Shown here piece after piece: positions 48,686 through 58,569 of a stretch of DNA of 64,000 nucleotides. The stretch's first letter is position 1; every line of letters starts with the position of its first letter. The notes under the pieces were generated by a model that saw only the letters and a program-made list of their open reading frames with translations, did not search any database and was not told where the DNA came from. Source of the stretch: a virus. Location of the stretch: positions 64,001-128,000 of the IMG/VR virus record IMGVR_UViG_3300017760_000001. The stretch is one strand, 5' to 3'. The position numbers and the translations under genes were made by a program.

Positions 48686-48723
48686 TATAAATAAAGGGGT
48701 AATTTAGATAAAAGGTATAAATA
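48686..48723 (+). promoter_or_regulatory. Tandem late promoters TATAAATA (48686 and 48716)
   Basis: Two exact motifs; the second is 5 nt before the ATG at 48729. Confidence 0.82.
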
Positions 48724-48728
48724 ACACT

Positions 48729-48992
48729 ATGAGTAACGAACTATTCGATTTTGGGTTTACCCTAGTAGATGAGAACGAACTGGAGGTTGTGCAACAGGCG
48801 CAAGCAACAGTCACGTCTGCATCATCGTCCGTAGAAGAAACCCAAGCAAAACTAGACAATTTGTATAACGCAATTCAACCATTGTTAAACAATCTAAAGA
48901 TGAACCCAGAGAAAGAATACATTCTGTGGCCTAATCGTACCGAGAAGATTGAACAATTTGAAGATCACATTCAAGGTATCTACAAAGGTTAA
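48729..48992 (+). CDS. Conserved late hypothetical protein
   Basis: DFGFT.VDE.EL...PLL.NL..NPEKEYI.WPNR pattern. Confidence 0.8.
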   Translation: MSNELFDFGFTLVDENELEVVQQAQATVTSASSSVEETQAKLDNLYNAIQPLLNNLKMNPEKEYILWPNRTEKIEQFEDHIQGIYKG

Positions 48993-48995
48993 TTC

Positions 48996-49850
48996 ATGCC
49001 AACAGAACACATAATAGTCAAGAATCGTATAACATCTAATGAAATTAAAGAGATTGATCCTGATCTACTTGAATTTACGTACCTCTATCTGAATGGCAGA
49101 ATTATCCGTCAGAGTGCCAGAACTGGTTATGATGTAACGTTCAAGGATGAGAGTGCAGAATGTAATCTTGTAAATGAGATGATAGATCTGTGTCCTGACT
49201 ATTGTAATTTTTTATTGTCTCGTAGATACAAAAATATTTTGTTTATTACGCACATGGACATCCATGAAACAAAATGGTATAAAGACGGTCGCCCAAAACA
49301 AGATATTTCAGATGAAACACTAAAGTTTGGACACCCCCCCTCTAAAATTCCAAATAAAAATTATCCTGACTTGGATAAGATTATACACTTCATTCCAGTT
49401 TTTATGGAACACTGGGATTTTGAAACTTTTTATAAAGTTGACCGACCAATGCAACCAAGATATTCTGGGACATTACATGAAATTTATGACAGGTTTGATG
49501 TTAAAAGTGCATCATCTAGTTGTCAATATGAACACGGCTCAAAAGATTGGAATTTAAGAAACCCCGAAGATTCTAAATATGATGCTGTGGTTTTTCTAAA
49601 CATACCATCAAAAGATAACAAATCTTTTTCATTAGAAAACATTAAACCTGTATTTGATAACTACGTCAGTAGTAACTGTGAGTTTGTTGACATCTGGGAC
49701 GGTGATAAGACTGGAAGATTTGAAGGCGATAAAAAATTATCTATTAAAGGCAATGTGTCTGAGGCAATAGTTTTAAAACATGTGAGTGAAAATAAAGAAT
49801 TGAGTGATCTGGATAATTTTTTAAATAATCACATTAGTGTCTACAAATAA
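48996..49850 (+). CDS. Hypothetical protein
   Basis: 284-aa ORF with no motif recognised. Confidence 0.7.
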   Translation: MPTEHIIVKNRITSNEIKEIDPDLLEFTYLYLNGRIIRQSARTGYDVTFKDESAECNLVNEMIDLCPDYCNFLLSRRYKNILFITHMDIHETKWYKDGRPKQDISDETLKFGHPPSKIPNKNYPDLDKIIHFIPVFMEHWDFETFYKVDRPMQPRYSGTLHEIYDRFDVKSASSSCQYEHGSKDWNLRNPEDSKYDAVVFLNIPSKDNKSFSLENIKPVFDNYVSSNCEFVDIWDGDKTGRFEGDKKLSIKGNVSEAIVLKHVSENKELSDLDNFLNNHISVYK

Positions 49851-50723
49851 CTAACCCCAAGTAATATTTTTAGGAACGTATGAGGATATCTTTGCTTTGA
49901 TATCCTTTTCCATTTTGGCGACTGGTGTTGGTGGTTTACCAGATCGTTTTGCGTAGAAGTACTGTGCATCTTTCAAGAACGAACCACCCTTTCCAGATAC
50001 TTTAAGATCAGCATCGACACCGACCTTGTTGAATGCGAATACGATATCCCCATCCATATATCTCTTCAGAGTCTTACCCATGTTAACGATGTCCGCCATA
50101 GTCTGTGATGCACCACGGTGAGTGTTAACTAGGATCTCTGCTGGTACTGTACGACTACGAGTAAGGTTCTGTGCCTTAGCGACTTCGATATCGTTCACTA
50201 CCCATACGATGTGAATGTTCTTCTTGTCATAACCTACGTCAGTCAACATACGAGTTAGATTGTTTAACTTCTGTAGATCTTTCAGAGTTGTATCAAAAAC
50301 AAGATTGGGTTTACGATCAGGGGCGGCCGCAAGAACACCACGCATCAATACTTTCTTTTGACGAGAGTCCAGAGAAAGAACATTGGCAATGATGTCGTGT
50401 AACTTACCAACGTTCTCTGGATTCTTTAGATCGGATGCGATTTTTTCGATATCCATCCCAGTCTCCGCCTTGACTCGTTTGCGAATCAGTTTAGACTTTG
50501 AGGCGGCAGTCTTGAGTTCGTCAACATCTAAGACTTTACCCTCAAGACCAACTAGGTTAGATAGGACGAATCCTTTACCTGAACCAGCACCCCCTGCCAT
50601 GATAACAACGTTACCAAATTTAGGGTAGGCTTTACCTCCGAACGTAATGAGTTTCTCTAATAGAATCTCACTATACTGTTGGAGTTCTTGTTCTTCGGAT
50701 AAGTGCTGGCTGAATGTTTTCAT
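49851..50723 (-). CDS. P-loop kinase (zeta toxin/AAA_33-like) with a capsid-targeting-like N-terminus
   Basis: IMAGGAGSGKG Walker A, LVFDTT, and A...N..R.R.VP lid; N-terminal MKTFSQHLSE. Confidence 0.8.
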   Translation of the reverse strand: MKTFSQHLSEEQELQQYSEILLEKLITFGGKAYPKFGNVVIMAGGAGSGKGFVLSNLVGLEGKVLDVDELKTAASKSKLIRKRVKAETGMDIEKIASDLKNPENVGKLHDIIANVLSLDSRQKKVLMRGVLAAAPDRKPNLVFDTTLKDLQKLNNLTRMLTDVGYDKKNIHIVWVVNDIEVAKAQNLTRSRTVPAEILVNTHRGASQTMADIVNMGKTLKRYMDGDIVFAFNKVGVDADLKVSGKGGSFLKDAQYFYAKRSGKPPTPVAKMEKDIKAKISSYVPKNITWG

Positions 50724-50729
50724 ATAAGT

Positions 50730-50737
50730 TATTTATA
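50730..50737 (-). promoter_or_regulatory. Late promoter TATAAATA, 6 nt before the ATG
   Basis: TATAAATA-acttat-ATG. Confidence 0.82.
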
Positions 50738-50876
50738 CAAAAAAACATCCCAAGGCAAAGAGTAATAATAAAATAATTACATTTGGACGAAAGTCCCAAA
50801 CTGCAACGAAATCGTCTGCGGTGTATCTGATAAACTCAATTATATTTTCTTGTAATTTATTCCAAAGATCTTTCAC
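50733..50876 (-). CDS. Small membrane protein (47 aa)
   Basis: Manual translation from a GTG start: MKDLWNKLQENIIEFIRYTADDFVAVWDFRPNVIILLLLFALGCFFV. Confidence 0.55.
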   Translation of the reverse strand: MKDLWNKLQENIIEFIRYTADDFVAVWDFRPNVIILLLLFALGCFFV

Positions 50877-50877
50877 T

Positions 50878-51492
50878 TCACATTTCCTTTTTTGATTTAA
50901 CTATAACTTCAACGTTTTCTGGTAATTTTATCTTTGCTTTATCATGACTATGATACAAGTAGAACTTAACATTAGAGTATTCTTTAAACAACTCAGGCCA
51001 TATAGGTCTCCAATTGTTTGCGATTCTGAATGTGTTGTTCTTAGATCGATCACTTTCAAGAATTAAATCTGTCGCACTTCTAAGATTCAAATCAAAGATA
51101 GAATCAAACCCATAGATGTGAACTTCAGTCGCTTTCATCTTACCACAAGCATAGTCAACTGCCATGTGACCACAACTGAAGTTCGTTGCATTGATTGCAT
51201 ACTCAGGGACTCTTTGCCAGAATCCCCGAATGTTCTGCGAGTATTTTAGGTAAAAGTTCGGTTGCATCTCCATCCACTTACGAGGACGAGTACCTAGAAC
51301 CCAATCATACATGTCAAGTCTAAACTGACCTTCGGTCAATGCAGCCATCATCTTGAAGTCAACCATGCAAGATGCATGTACTTCGTTAGACGGTATCTCA
51401 AATGGTGGCATGTTACAAATTAGTAACTTACCATCAGTTCCTCTTTTATAGAGAAAACTGTGATCACCATTACCTAAAACATTTACTCTCAT
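50878..51492 (-). CDS. Maf/GT29/GT42-like putative glycosyltransferase
   Basis: VLGNG...CN...VD and SCGHMA..YA....EVHIYGFD motifs. Confidence 0.55.
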   Translation of the reverse strand: MRVNVLGNGDHSFLYKRGTDGKLLICNMPPFEIPSNEVHASCMVDFKMMAALTEGQFRLDMYDWVLGTRPRKWMEMQPNFYLKYSQNIRGFWQRVPEYAINATNFSCGHMAVDYACGKMKATEVHIYGFDSIFDLNLRSATDLILESDRSKNNTFRIANNWRPIWPELFKEYSNVKFYLYHSHDKAKIKLPENVEVIVKSKKEM

Positions 51493-51609
51493 TTATTTTC
51501 CGAACCAATCATCAATCAAGTTTTTACCATAGTACATTATACCAATCCAGATCGAGAAAAGCAAGCCGTCAAAGTAAGATAATTCATTCCAAATAGATAA
51601 AGGTTCCAT
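51493..51609 (-). CDS. Small membrane protein (38 aa)
   Basis: Manual translation: MEPLSIWNELSYFDGLLFSIWIGIMYYGKNLIDDWFGK. Coupled on both sides. Confidence 0.55.
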   Translation of the reverse strand: MEPLSIWNELSYFDGLLFSIWIGIMYYGKNLIDDWFGK

Positions 51610-51974
51610 TATCGTTTACCACCGAAGTATTCTTTAGCGTGACCTTCATTGATCAACATTTGATTTACATTATAAGTACCGTGTTCTTTGTCTACCACGA
51701 TCTCACCAAGGATACGACCATACTTACCTTTCGCATCATATGTTTTAGTTACAAGAGTAATTACCGATCCAGCGGGCGCCATCTCGTTGACGTACGCTTT
51801 CGCTGCGAGTCCTCTCGCCTTTTCTTCAAGGTCTCTGGTACGAGATTCTGGAGTATTGACCCCATATAACCGAACACGTTGTTTAGTAAGGACAACATCA
51901 AAACCAAGATCAATGTTAACATCCACAGTGTCACCATCCACCCAGCGATCAACCGTTGCTTTATATTCATACAT
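51609..51974 (-). CDS. Thermonuclease (SNase-like)
   Basis: VDGDT, VRLYGVNTPE, KYGRILG and N..LI.EGHA motifs. Confidence 0.93.
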   Translation of the reverse strand: MYEYKATVDRWVDGDTVDVNIDLGFDVVLTKQRVRLYGVNTPESRTRDLEEKARGLAAKAYVNEMAPAGSVITLVTKTYDAKGKYGRILGEIVVDKEHGTYNVNQMLINEGHAKEYFGGKR

Positions 51975-52632
51975 TCTTTATCTTCCTCTTTATAGTTTCT
52001 TTTCCCTTCTGCCCAGTATGATGAATCACACACGGTCTTTTAGAAGCGATGTTATCTATGTAGTCTAATCGTAACGTATTGTATTTGTTTGGTATACTAC
52101 GTATGATAGACATTCTTTTTATTTCGTCTCCACCAATCATGGCATAGAGTGTTTCTTGATCTCCTCGTATTGGTCTAAACGTACACTCTCTATCCCAATC
52201 TTTAAGTATGTTTGGACTACCTTCAAAGACAACCACACCACTATTGTGCCAGATACCCATATCACCACGTCTATTAGTCCACGGTCTGTCTTCGACCATA
52301 CCTAATTTATTTGGTTCTGTCCAGTTGAATACTGTTTCGATATCAGGACACACAACTTCACAATCGGTATCTAACCAACATACTTTATCGTAACCCATCT
52401 TAGATGCTTCCAACATTGCAGCTGGTTTCTTGAACCAGTTCTCTGCCTTGGAGTTCAGATCGAAGTAATGTACATCATCGACATGTTGAAGAGAGTCCAA
52501 CATGTCTTGAGACATACCAAAGTTAGCAACCAACAAAGTCGTGTCTGTGTGTTGACGTAGATTAGTAATAAACCAAGGTAGTTGCCACTCAGTCTTGTCA
52601 TCACAACCTGTGAGGAATGTTTTAGATATCAA
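51967..52632 (-). CDS. Glycosyltransferase, GT-A fold (GT8-like)
   Basis: WFKKP, WLDTD, NSGVV, GDQE and HHTG..GK motifs. Confidence 0.82.
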   Translation of the reverse strand: MISKTFLTGCDDKTEWQLPWFITNLRQHTDTTLLVANFGMSQDMLDSLQHVDDVHYFDLNSKAENWFKKPAAMLEASKMGYDKVCWLDTDCEVVCPDIETVFNWTEPNKLGMVEDRPWTNRRGDMGIWHNSGVVVFEGSPNILKDWDRECTFRPIRGDQETLYAMIGGDEIKRMSIIRSIPNKYNTLRLDYIDNIASKRPCVIHHTGQKGKETIKRKIKNV

Positions 52633-53263
52633 TGACTTCTACCTTTTGGTGTTTTGCCTTTGTCCCAAGTTCTGCCTGAATAGTAGTAAACGATTCGTCT
52701 ACTTTAGTTGTCCAAGGATAGTACTCTTGTAACCAAGGGAAATAATCTAGATTTAAAAATAAGTCTGTTGTTCTGGGAAATCCGTTCTTTGCTTCGTTCA
52801 CAAGTTTCTTCGCACCTTTAGGTGTAACCATGTACGCATGTGCGCCAGGGAAGTAACGTTTACTTGTGAGAGGATTTACACCAAACATACTCGGTGTATT
52901 GAATTTACCGTAAGACGGATGACCAATGTTCATTACATACTTGAAAGGAACTGTAGGAACCTTGTCGTGTAGTACTGCATCGTGTTCGAATATTACGAAC
53001 GTCTCGTTCATCTGAATACACTTCTTCCACAAACTGTAGTGAGAGAAGAATGCAGCTGCACAATTCATTGTACGACTATACTTCTCGTCAATGTCTCGGA
53101 AGTTTAATCCTTCGTTCTCAAAGAGTCTCATCGGATTATCTTTGGGGGTGATCGCATCGAACATACGTATGGCACACCCGACTTTTTTACCAGACTCGAT
53201 ACACTTCTCTGCGGACTCAACAGATCTGGGATTATCTTTAATTGTTATGACAAATGATTTCAT
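52622..53263 (-). CDS. GT25-like glycosyltransferase
   Basis: FDAITP, SHYSLW, IFEHDA and GAHAYMVTP.GA motifs. Confidence 0.88.
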   Translation of the reverse strand: MKSFVITIKDNPRSVESAEKCIESGKKVGCAIRMFDAITPKDNPMRLFENEGLNFRDIDEKYSRTMNCAAAFFSHYSLWKKCIQMNETFVIFEHDAVLHDKVPTVPFKYVMNIGHPSYGKFNTPSMFGVNPLTSKRYFPGAHAYMVTPKGAKKLVNEAKNGFPRTTDLFLNLDYFPWLQEYYPWTTKVDESFTTIQAELGTKAKHQKVEVIDI

Positions 53264-53973
53264 GATGTAGTACTTGATTCCACTCCTTGGACTCTAGTGT
53301 AGTAAGGATATACGACACGAAGAGACAAAAAGTTAGCAGTACATAAGAATGCATCATTGGGCCACATACCGACTTCTTTAATCTTATTCAAGAACTCTTT
53401 TGCCATGTGTGGTTCTACCCAGTATGCGGAACCTCCTGCCATACCTTGTGCGATATTCGGTTCATCTAGTTCATTGACAAGAGGAACAAATTTGACAGAA
53501 TCACTCTTAGAAACTTCTTTATGAAAGAGTTGCGCTCTCCGTGTTGCGCCACGAGGATCACATAGACCAACACAACTTAGACCCTTACGCATACCAGTAA
53601 ACTTACGTGTGACTAATGCATCACTCTCAAAGATAACTGCGGCCTGATCATTCATGATAATCTGTTCCCACGCTCTCATATGAGACACCGCACAAGCAAT
53701 AACCTTTAACTGGTTCTGCGCTCGGTAAACGTGTTTGTAGATCCCTGTCTGAAGATCAATACCTTCTTCGTCAGGAGTCACAGGCCAGTTCCATCTCCAG
53801 TCTCTATGATCAAAACAGATCATATCCTTTAGATCTTGTTCCATCGTCTCTGGTGTAGATGCACGGAGTATCTCTGGTTTCAATTCACTTTCAGTGTCCT
53901 TGATACTCTTCAACAGACGTTTGACCGCATCCTGTTGTTGACCATCAACATTAATAATATAAGAATCACTCAC
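53260..53973 (-). CDS. GT25-like glycosyltransferase
   Basis: ACAVSHMRAW, IFESDA and G.SAY...P..A motifs. Confidence 0.85.
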   Translation of the reverse strand: MSDSYIINVDGQQQDAVKRLLKSIKDTESELKPEILRASTPETMEQDLKDMICFDHRDWRWNWPVTPDEEGIDLQTGIYKHVYRAQNQLKVIACAVSHMRAWEQIIMNDQAAVIFESDALVTRKFTGMRKGLSCVGLCDPRGATRRAQLFHKEVSKSDSVKFVPLVNELDEPNIAQGMAGGSAYWVEPHMAKEFLNKIKEVGMWPNDAFLCTANFLSLRVVYPYYTRVQGVESSTTS

Positions 53974-54527
53974 CGTTTAATATACCATTGGTTATTTGCG
54001 AATTTATGTAGTTTGAGGTTGCGTTCCTTCACGAACTGATCAACTGCACTCACTACGCCTGGTTTATTTGGATAGTCGTCCCCAAACATGGTTCCACCTT
54101 TTTTTATGATGTCCCAACAATGCACTAAATCATTGTAACACCCTTCATGATTATGTAGACCATCGACATATACCCAATCGAAATCCGTCTTGGTATTCCA
54201 ATCAAAGAACTCTTGTGATGTCATTCTTTTAACCGTGATGCCTTTTTGTTTTCTAAACCGTTTACATACAAATGCATGTACATCGTCATAGTATGGTTCA
54301 AAATCTTCTATTTTATCTGCGCCTACAAGATCTTTATATCTTTCAAATAATCGATTGGGATCTTCGTTACCTTTTATCGACCAAGGATCGACAGCAATGA
54401 TTGTTTCTGCGTTCTTTATAAACTTTTCGGTCGTATCACCTCTCCACACGCCTAACTCAACACCGTGACTTCCCTTTGGTATTTTTTTGGCGGTTTCGGT
54501 ACTACCTTTATTAAATCCATACATCAT
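53970..54527 (-). CDS. Class I SAM-dependent methyltransferase (Methyltransf_24-like)
   Basis: VELGVWRG, VDPW, DWVYVDG.H and GG...GDDY...GV..AV motifs. Confidence 0.9.
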   Translation of the reverse strand: MMYGFNKGSTETAKKIPKGSHGVELGVWRGDTTEKFIKNAETIIAVDPWSIKGNEDPNRLFERYKDLVGADKIEDFEPYYDDVHAFVCKRFRKQKGITVKRMTSQEFFDWNTKTDFDWVYVDGLHNHEGCYNDLVHCWDIIKKGGTMFGDDYPNKPGVVSAVDQFVKERNLKLHKFANNQWYIKR

Positions 54528-55234
54528 AACTTATGACTCAAATTTGGGTTAATTTTTTGGAATTTTATTGGACTTGGATATATGTATTGCATTGGTATCA
54601 CACGATTATTGAAGGTAAAGTCCCCTTGTTCTATCCCATACTTCTCCACTTTATCCAACAACATCTTAGCGCCCTTAACTGTCAATATATAACCACTTAA
54701 TCCAGGCGTGATACTCTGACCTTTCCAGTCATTCTCTTTATTGTATCGCAAAGGATAGTTCGAAGGAAAATCTTGAATCCCTAACCCATGACTATGACTT
54801 TTATACCAATCAACTAAGTGCGGATAATTGGCTAGAACATTTGGTTTTTTAAATGCCCCATCTATGTTTAGAAAACAAAAATACTCAACCCCAGTGTCTT
54901 TTGGTGGAGGCGATGTGACCACAACATCATGTTCTAAGAAAATCATAGATTCATTTTTCTCTATAACATCCTGTGCGAACTTGAGATTATTGAATAAACA
55001 AGACTTTTTGGTTCGATACTTTCTCTTCTCTTCTGGGTTCTTATGATTCTTCATACTCGCCAGTCTACCATTAGGAAGATCTTTCCAAGGAAACTCATCT
55101 TCATCTAAAGTATTAGGAGTTACCCCCTCCACGACTTCGTAGTCCCATTCATACTTAACTAACGAGTCTACGGTCTTCCGCATACACGCTTCAGAAAGTT
55201 CGTGACCTTTGACGTAGATGACTCTTGCTTTCAT
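54524..55234 (-). CDS. GT25-like glycosyltransferase
   Basis: GVTP, SCL.N, FLEHD and GYILT.KGA motifs. Confidence 0.78.
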   Translation of the reverse strand: MKARVIYVKGHELSEACMRKTVDSLVKYEWDYEVVEGVTPNTLDEDEFPWKDLPNGRLASMKNHKNPEEKRKYRTKKSCLFNNLKFAQDVIEKNESMIFLEHDVVVTSPPPKDTGVEYFCFLNIDGAFKKPNVLANYPHLVDWYKSHSHGLGIQDFPSNYPLRYNKENDWKGQSITPGLSGYILTVKGAKMLLDKVEKYGIEQGDFTFNNRVIPMQYIYPSPIKFQKINPNLSHKL

Positions 55235-55497
55235 TATGCAATCAACTTGACATGTTCTACATCAACAACCGCACACTTTAAACCATCTAACTCAACCGCC
55301 ATTGCCTTTGACCAGTCTAGATAGATCTTATCCTTTGGTGCCAACGCAGCTGCAATGACTTCCTCACCATCACCTGTTGCGATAACTATTGCTGGTTTAG
55401 TTCCAGTCGCAATATCACCCGACAAGATAATACCACCAGAGGTAGTCTCGTCTGCTTTGTGTTCACTCACTAATACATTATTACCTAATACTCTCAT
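55234..55497 (-). CDS. groES: Co-chaperonin GroES-like (functional analogue of gp31)
   Basis: LGNNVLV...TTSGGIIL...VIATG pattern. Confidence 0.85.
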   Translation of the reverse strand: MRVLGNNVLVSEHKADETTSGGIILSGDIATGTKPAIVIATGDGEEVIAAALAPKDKIYLDWSKAMAVELDGLKCAVVDVEHVKLIA

Positions 55498-55505
55498 ACC
55501 ATCCT

Positions 55506-56213
55506 CTAATTTTTATCTGTGTAACGAACGTAGTAAACCATACTATGATCATATGCGCCGTCAAACGGCATACCTTTACAGAACGCTTTCCATCGTCCTC
55601 TCCATCCATCTTTGACTCTTTGCCAGTATGTCATCTTACGGATATTACCGTAGTAGTTGATATACACAAGTTCTCCATGATGTTTGTAACCCATCAGTAC
55701 CAACGGAACACTAGTCACGATGTCATTGTTATTTACACATCTCGTATGTGGTACTTTTAGGTTCTTAACAAAAGAACATGTTCCCACACGTGGACTACCG
55801 AATGTATACAGATGTTTTGTCTGTGATAATCGTGAAGCGCAGATTGTTGCCATTGCACCACCTAACGAATGTCCACAGATATACAGATCTAACTTACTGT
55901 ACTTGTTGACGTATTGTAACACATCTTCCCACACCTTGTCAAGCTCTGTTTTAAATCCAGAGTGTACCCAACCGTCAGTCTCACTCCGTGATGGCCATGC
56001 CTTCAGATCAGCAAGAATGTCGGATATCTCTGATGGTTCAGTACCACGGAAACAGACCGCCATACTCTCCTTGTTGCGTACCAGATGAACTTGTGCGCCA
56101 TCTATGTCAACGAGTTTGTGTGACGTGAATCCGAGTTTCTTAAACCCTTTCTTTGCTTCTTTACTATCAAGATACGCAAGTTGCGCCATCTTTGCTGATT
56201 TACCGATGTTCAT
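55506..56213 (-). CDS. Lipase class 3 (alpha/beta hydrolase)
   Basis: FRGTE, VHSGF, GHSLGGA, TFGSPRVG, NNDIV and DHSM motifs. Start at MNIGK (56213). Confidence 0.93.
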   Translation of the reverse strand: MNIGKSAKMAQLAYLDSKEAKKGFKKLGFTSHKLVDIDGAQVHLVRNKESMAVCFRGTEPSEISDILADLKAWPSRSETDGWVHSGFKTELDKVWEDVLQYVNKYSKLDLYICGHSLGGAMATICASRLSQTKHLYTFGSPRVGTCSFVKNLKVPHTRCVNNNDIVTSVPLVLMGYKHHGELVYINYYGNIRKMTYWQRVKDGWRGRWKAFCKGMPFDGAYDHSMVYYVRYTDKN

Positions 56214-56991
56214 TATTTTTCCTCTTTTCTTTATAGTTCCTATATAATCCCGCTCCGTTCTCATACGATCTACTTTTAACGTCATATGGTTTAACTAAAA
56301 CTTGATGCCATCCAAACTCTGAAGGTAGAAGTTGTTTATCTTTATGTAGTCTATAAACTAACTGTGGATCGAAATGATTTTTATGGTGAATTATTAATTG
56401 ATCAGATATAATTTCTTCTTTTTGATTTTCACGGATCTGATGTAATTTTTTAAAAAAATGTGGGTAAGATCTGTTAGTTGGTGCGCCAAACCCAATAGGG
56501 CCCGTAGTACATAACTTTAAAAAATGATTAAAATCTACACCTTCTTGGACACATATATCCCATCGTGTCCGAATAAAACGGTCATACCCTTTATTTAATT
56601 TTTGAACTTTCTCATAAAGGTCAGCATAACCTAATATTTGTTTTGTGCTTGAAAAATGTTTTTGTAGTTTTTTCCGATGATCGTCACTCACCTGTATTTT
56701 TCCACTACCATCATCTTTACGATAACCAGCATCATAATCTATGAACTGTTGACGCCAGCTCTTATACTTAATATTTGAAGGTGGATCAGGATCTAACATC
56801 GCATTATAGTGAATAATCGGTTCGGGGCATGATTCAACATTCAAATAATCAGGAACTAGATATTTATATTCGTCCCAAGTGTGAAGATAAAGATCTATAT
56901 CTGGAAACGCTTCTAATAGTTCATTAAGAACAACGTGGATCTTGACACACTGTGGTCGGTAAACGCCATTAATCAATATTGCGGTTTTCAT
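56200..56991 (-). CDS. Putative glycosyltransferase, paralog A of the MKTAILxxG family
   Basis: AILING..R, HTW, QILGY, YD.FIRTRWD, DQLIIH and EFGWHQ motifs. Confidence 0.65.
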   Translation of the reverse strand: MKTAILINGVYRPQCVKIHVVLNELLEAFPDIDLYLHTWDEYKYLVPDYLNVESCPEPIIHYNAMLDPDPPSNIKYKSWRQQFIDYDAGYRKDDGSGKIQVSDDHRKKLQKHFSSTKQILGYADLYEKVQKLNKGYDRFIRTRWDICVQEGVDFNHFLKLCTTGPIGFGAPTNRSYPHFFKKLHQIRENQKEEIISDQLIIHHKNHFDPQLVYRLHKDKQLLPSEFGWHQVLVKPYDVKSRSYENGAGLYRNYKEKRKNNEHR

Positions 56992-57166
56992 GACCCTTCC
57001 TTTGCATTTTTATAAATTCTCTTTGTCCAAGATTTTGAAATATTCCCGCTCCGCCAAAATACATTTTAGGGTTATTTTTATATGCTTTAATCATAACTTG
57101 ATACCATCCCCATTCAACAGGCAGAAGTTGTTTATCTTTATGTAGTCTATAAACTAACTGTGGATC
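56327..57166. repeat. Recent tandem gene duplication: identical blocks shared by paralogs A and B
   Basis: 44-bp exact match at 56327-56370 and 57123-57166, plus several other exact blocks of about 29-40 bp. Confidence 0.9.
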
Positions 57167-57796
57167 AAAATGATCTTCATGATGAATTATTAATTGATCA
57201 ACAAAAAATTCGTGAAAATGTTTATCTTTTGTAAGATCCCTTAGAGATTTAAAAAAATGTGGGTAAGATCTGTTAGCTGGTACGGCAAACCCAATAGGGC
57301 CCATCTCACACCGCCTTAGAAAAGTAGTAAAATCTGCACTTTCTTGAATACATACATCCCATCGTGTCCGAATAAAACGATCGTATCCTTTATTTAATTT
57401 TCTCACTTTCTCATAAAGGTCAGCATAACCTAATATTTGTTTTGTACCAGAATATCGATACTTCGCAAAATTTTTCAATCTTCTTGTTGAAATATTTACT
57501 TTTCCACTACCATCATCTTTACGATAACCATCTTCGTAATACTTTATCTGTTGACGCCAATGATTATACCTTTCATTAGAGATATCTACATCAGGGTCTA
57601 CCATTGCATCATAATCAATAATTGGTTCGGGACATGATTTAACATTCAAATAACGAGGGACAAGATGTTTATGTTCGTCCCAAGTGTGAAAATACACATC
57701 AATGTCTGGAAATTTTTCTAGTATTTGGTTAAGGACAAAATGAATCTTCACATATTCTGGCCGATAGACGCCATTAATCAATATTGCGGTTTTCAT
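56969..57796 (-). CDS. Putative glycosyltransferase, paralog B
   Basis: Near-duplicate of paralog A; start MKTAILING at 57796. Confidence 0.65.
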   Translation of the reverse strand: MKTAILINGVYRPEYVKIHFVLNQILEKFPDIDVYFHTWDEHKHLVPRYLNVKSCPEPIIDYDAMVDPDVDISNERYNHWRQQIKYYEDGYRKDDGSGKVNISTRRLKNFAKYRYSGTKQILGYADLYEKVRKLNKGYDRFIRTRWDVCIQESADFTTFLRRCEMGPIGFAVPANRSYPHFFKSLRDLTKDKHFHEFFVDQLIIHHEDHFDPQLVYRLHKDKQLLPVEWGWYQVMIKAYKNNPKMYFGGAGIFQNLGQREFIKMQRKGHENRNID

Positions 57797-58569
57797 TTTT
57801 TCTTTGACTCCAAAATATACCGTTCGATTGTTGCTCCTCCATAATAACAAAGATGGTTGTCTCCATATGGTTCACTCAACACTTGATACCAACCAATCCC
57901 ACCTATCTGCAACTTACGATTTTTGTGCAATTTCCAAACAAGGTTACTGTTCCAAAGTTTTCTTGGGTGAATGATAAGTTGATCCTGTAATCTAAACGCC
58001 CAATCTAAAGTCTGTTCGTTACTAACTGTAGGATTATTTGTTGTTATTTCTACCAACCCATCAAATGAAAAGTTACCATGACGTTTCTTAACCTTGTCTC
58101 TGTTTCTAACAGCAGATCCATCAAATCCTATCGCCCTATTTTCGTCAAAGGATTTCTTTACAAGTTTTGACCAGTCGATTTTTTCAGAAACTACGGTATC
58201 CCATCTAGCCCTAATTATAATATCATAATCTGACGTAACTCTTCTGATCAGTTGATCATGGTATAATATCTGTACTGTTTGTTTTGCAGTTAATTCTCGA
58301 AATCTAGTTGTAAAGGATCCTTTTCCACTAAGCCAGTTTTTTGATCTTTCACGTGATTCATGAATTGGATACGGATCGACATCAATTGCTGGATGATAGT
58401 GCATTTTTGGAACAAAGTCTTCTGGTTCATGATCAACATCAACACCATATTTTTTAGCGTTCCAAGCAGAGGTGTATATGTCAGCGTCAGGAAAACATCG
58501 TCTTAATCTATCTTTATTGTCGTTCCAGTTACCTCGAATTTCACCACTTATGAGTAATGCTACTTTCAT
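57793..58569 (-). CDS. Putative glycosyltransferase, paralog C
   Basis: MKVALLISGEIR, YDIIIRARWD, DQLIIHP and GWYQVL motifs. Confidence 0.65.
   Translation of the reverse strand: MKVALLISGEIRGNWNDNKDRLRRCFPDADIYTSAWNAKKYGVDVDHEPEDFVPKMHYHPAIDVDPYPIHESRERSKNWLSGKGSFTTRFRELTAKQTVQILYHDQLIRRVTSDYDIIIRARWDTVVSEKIDWSKLVKKSFDENRAIGFDGSAVRNRDKVKKRHGNFSFDGLVEITTNNPTVSNEQTLDWAFRLQDQLIIHPRKLWNSNLVWKLHKNRKLQIGGIGWYQVLSEPYGDNHLCYYGGATIERYILESKKK

Noticed and set aside
56200-57796. Paralogs A and B as a DGR TR/VR pair
   Set aside because: Both are full ORFs, differences are not confined to adenines, and no reverse transcriptase is present in the window.
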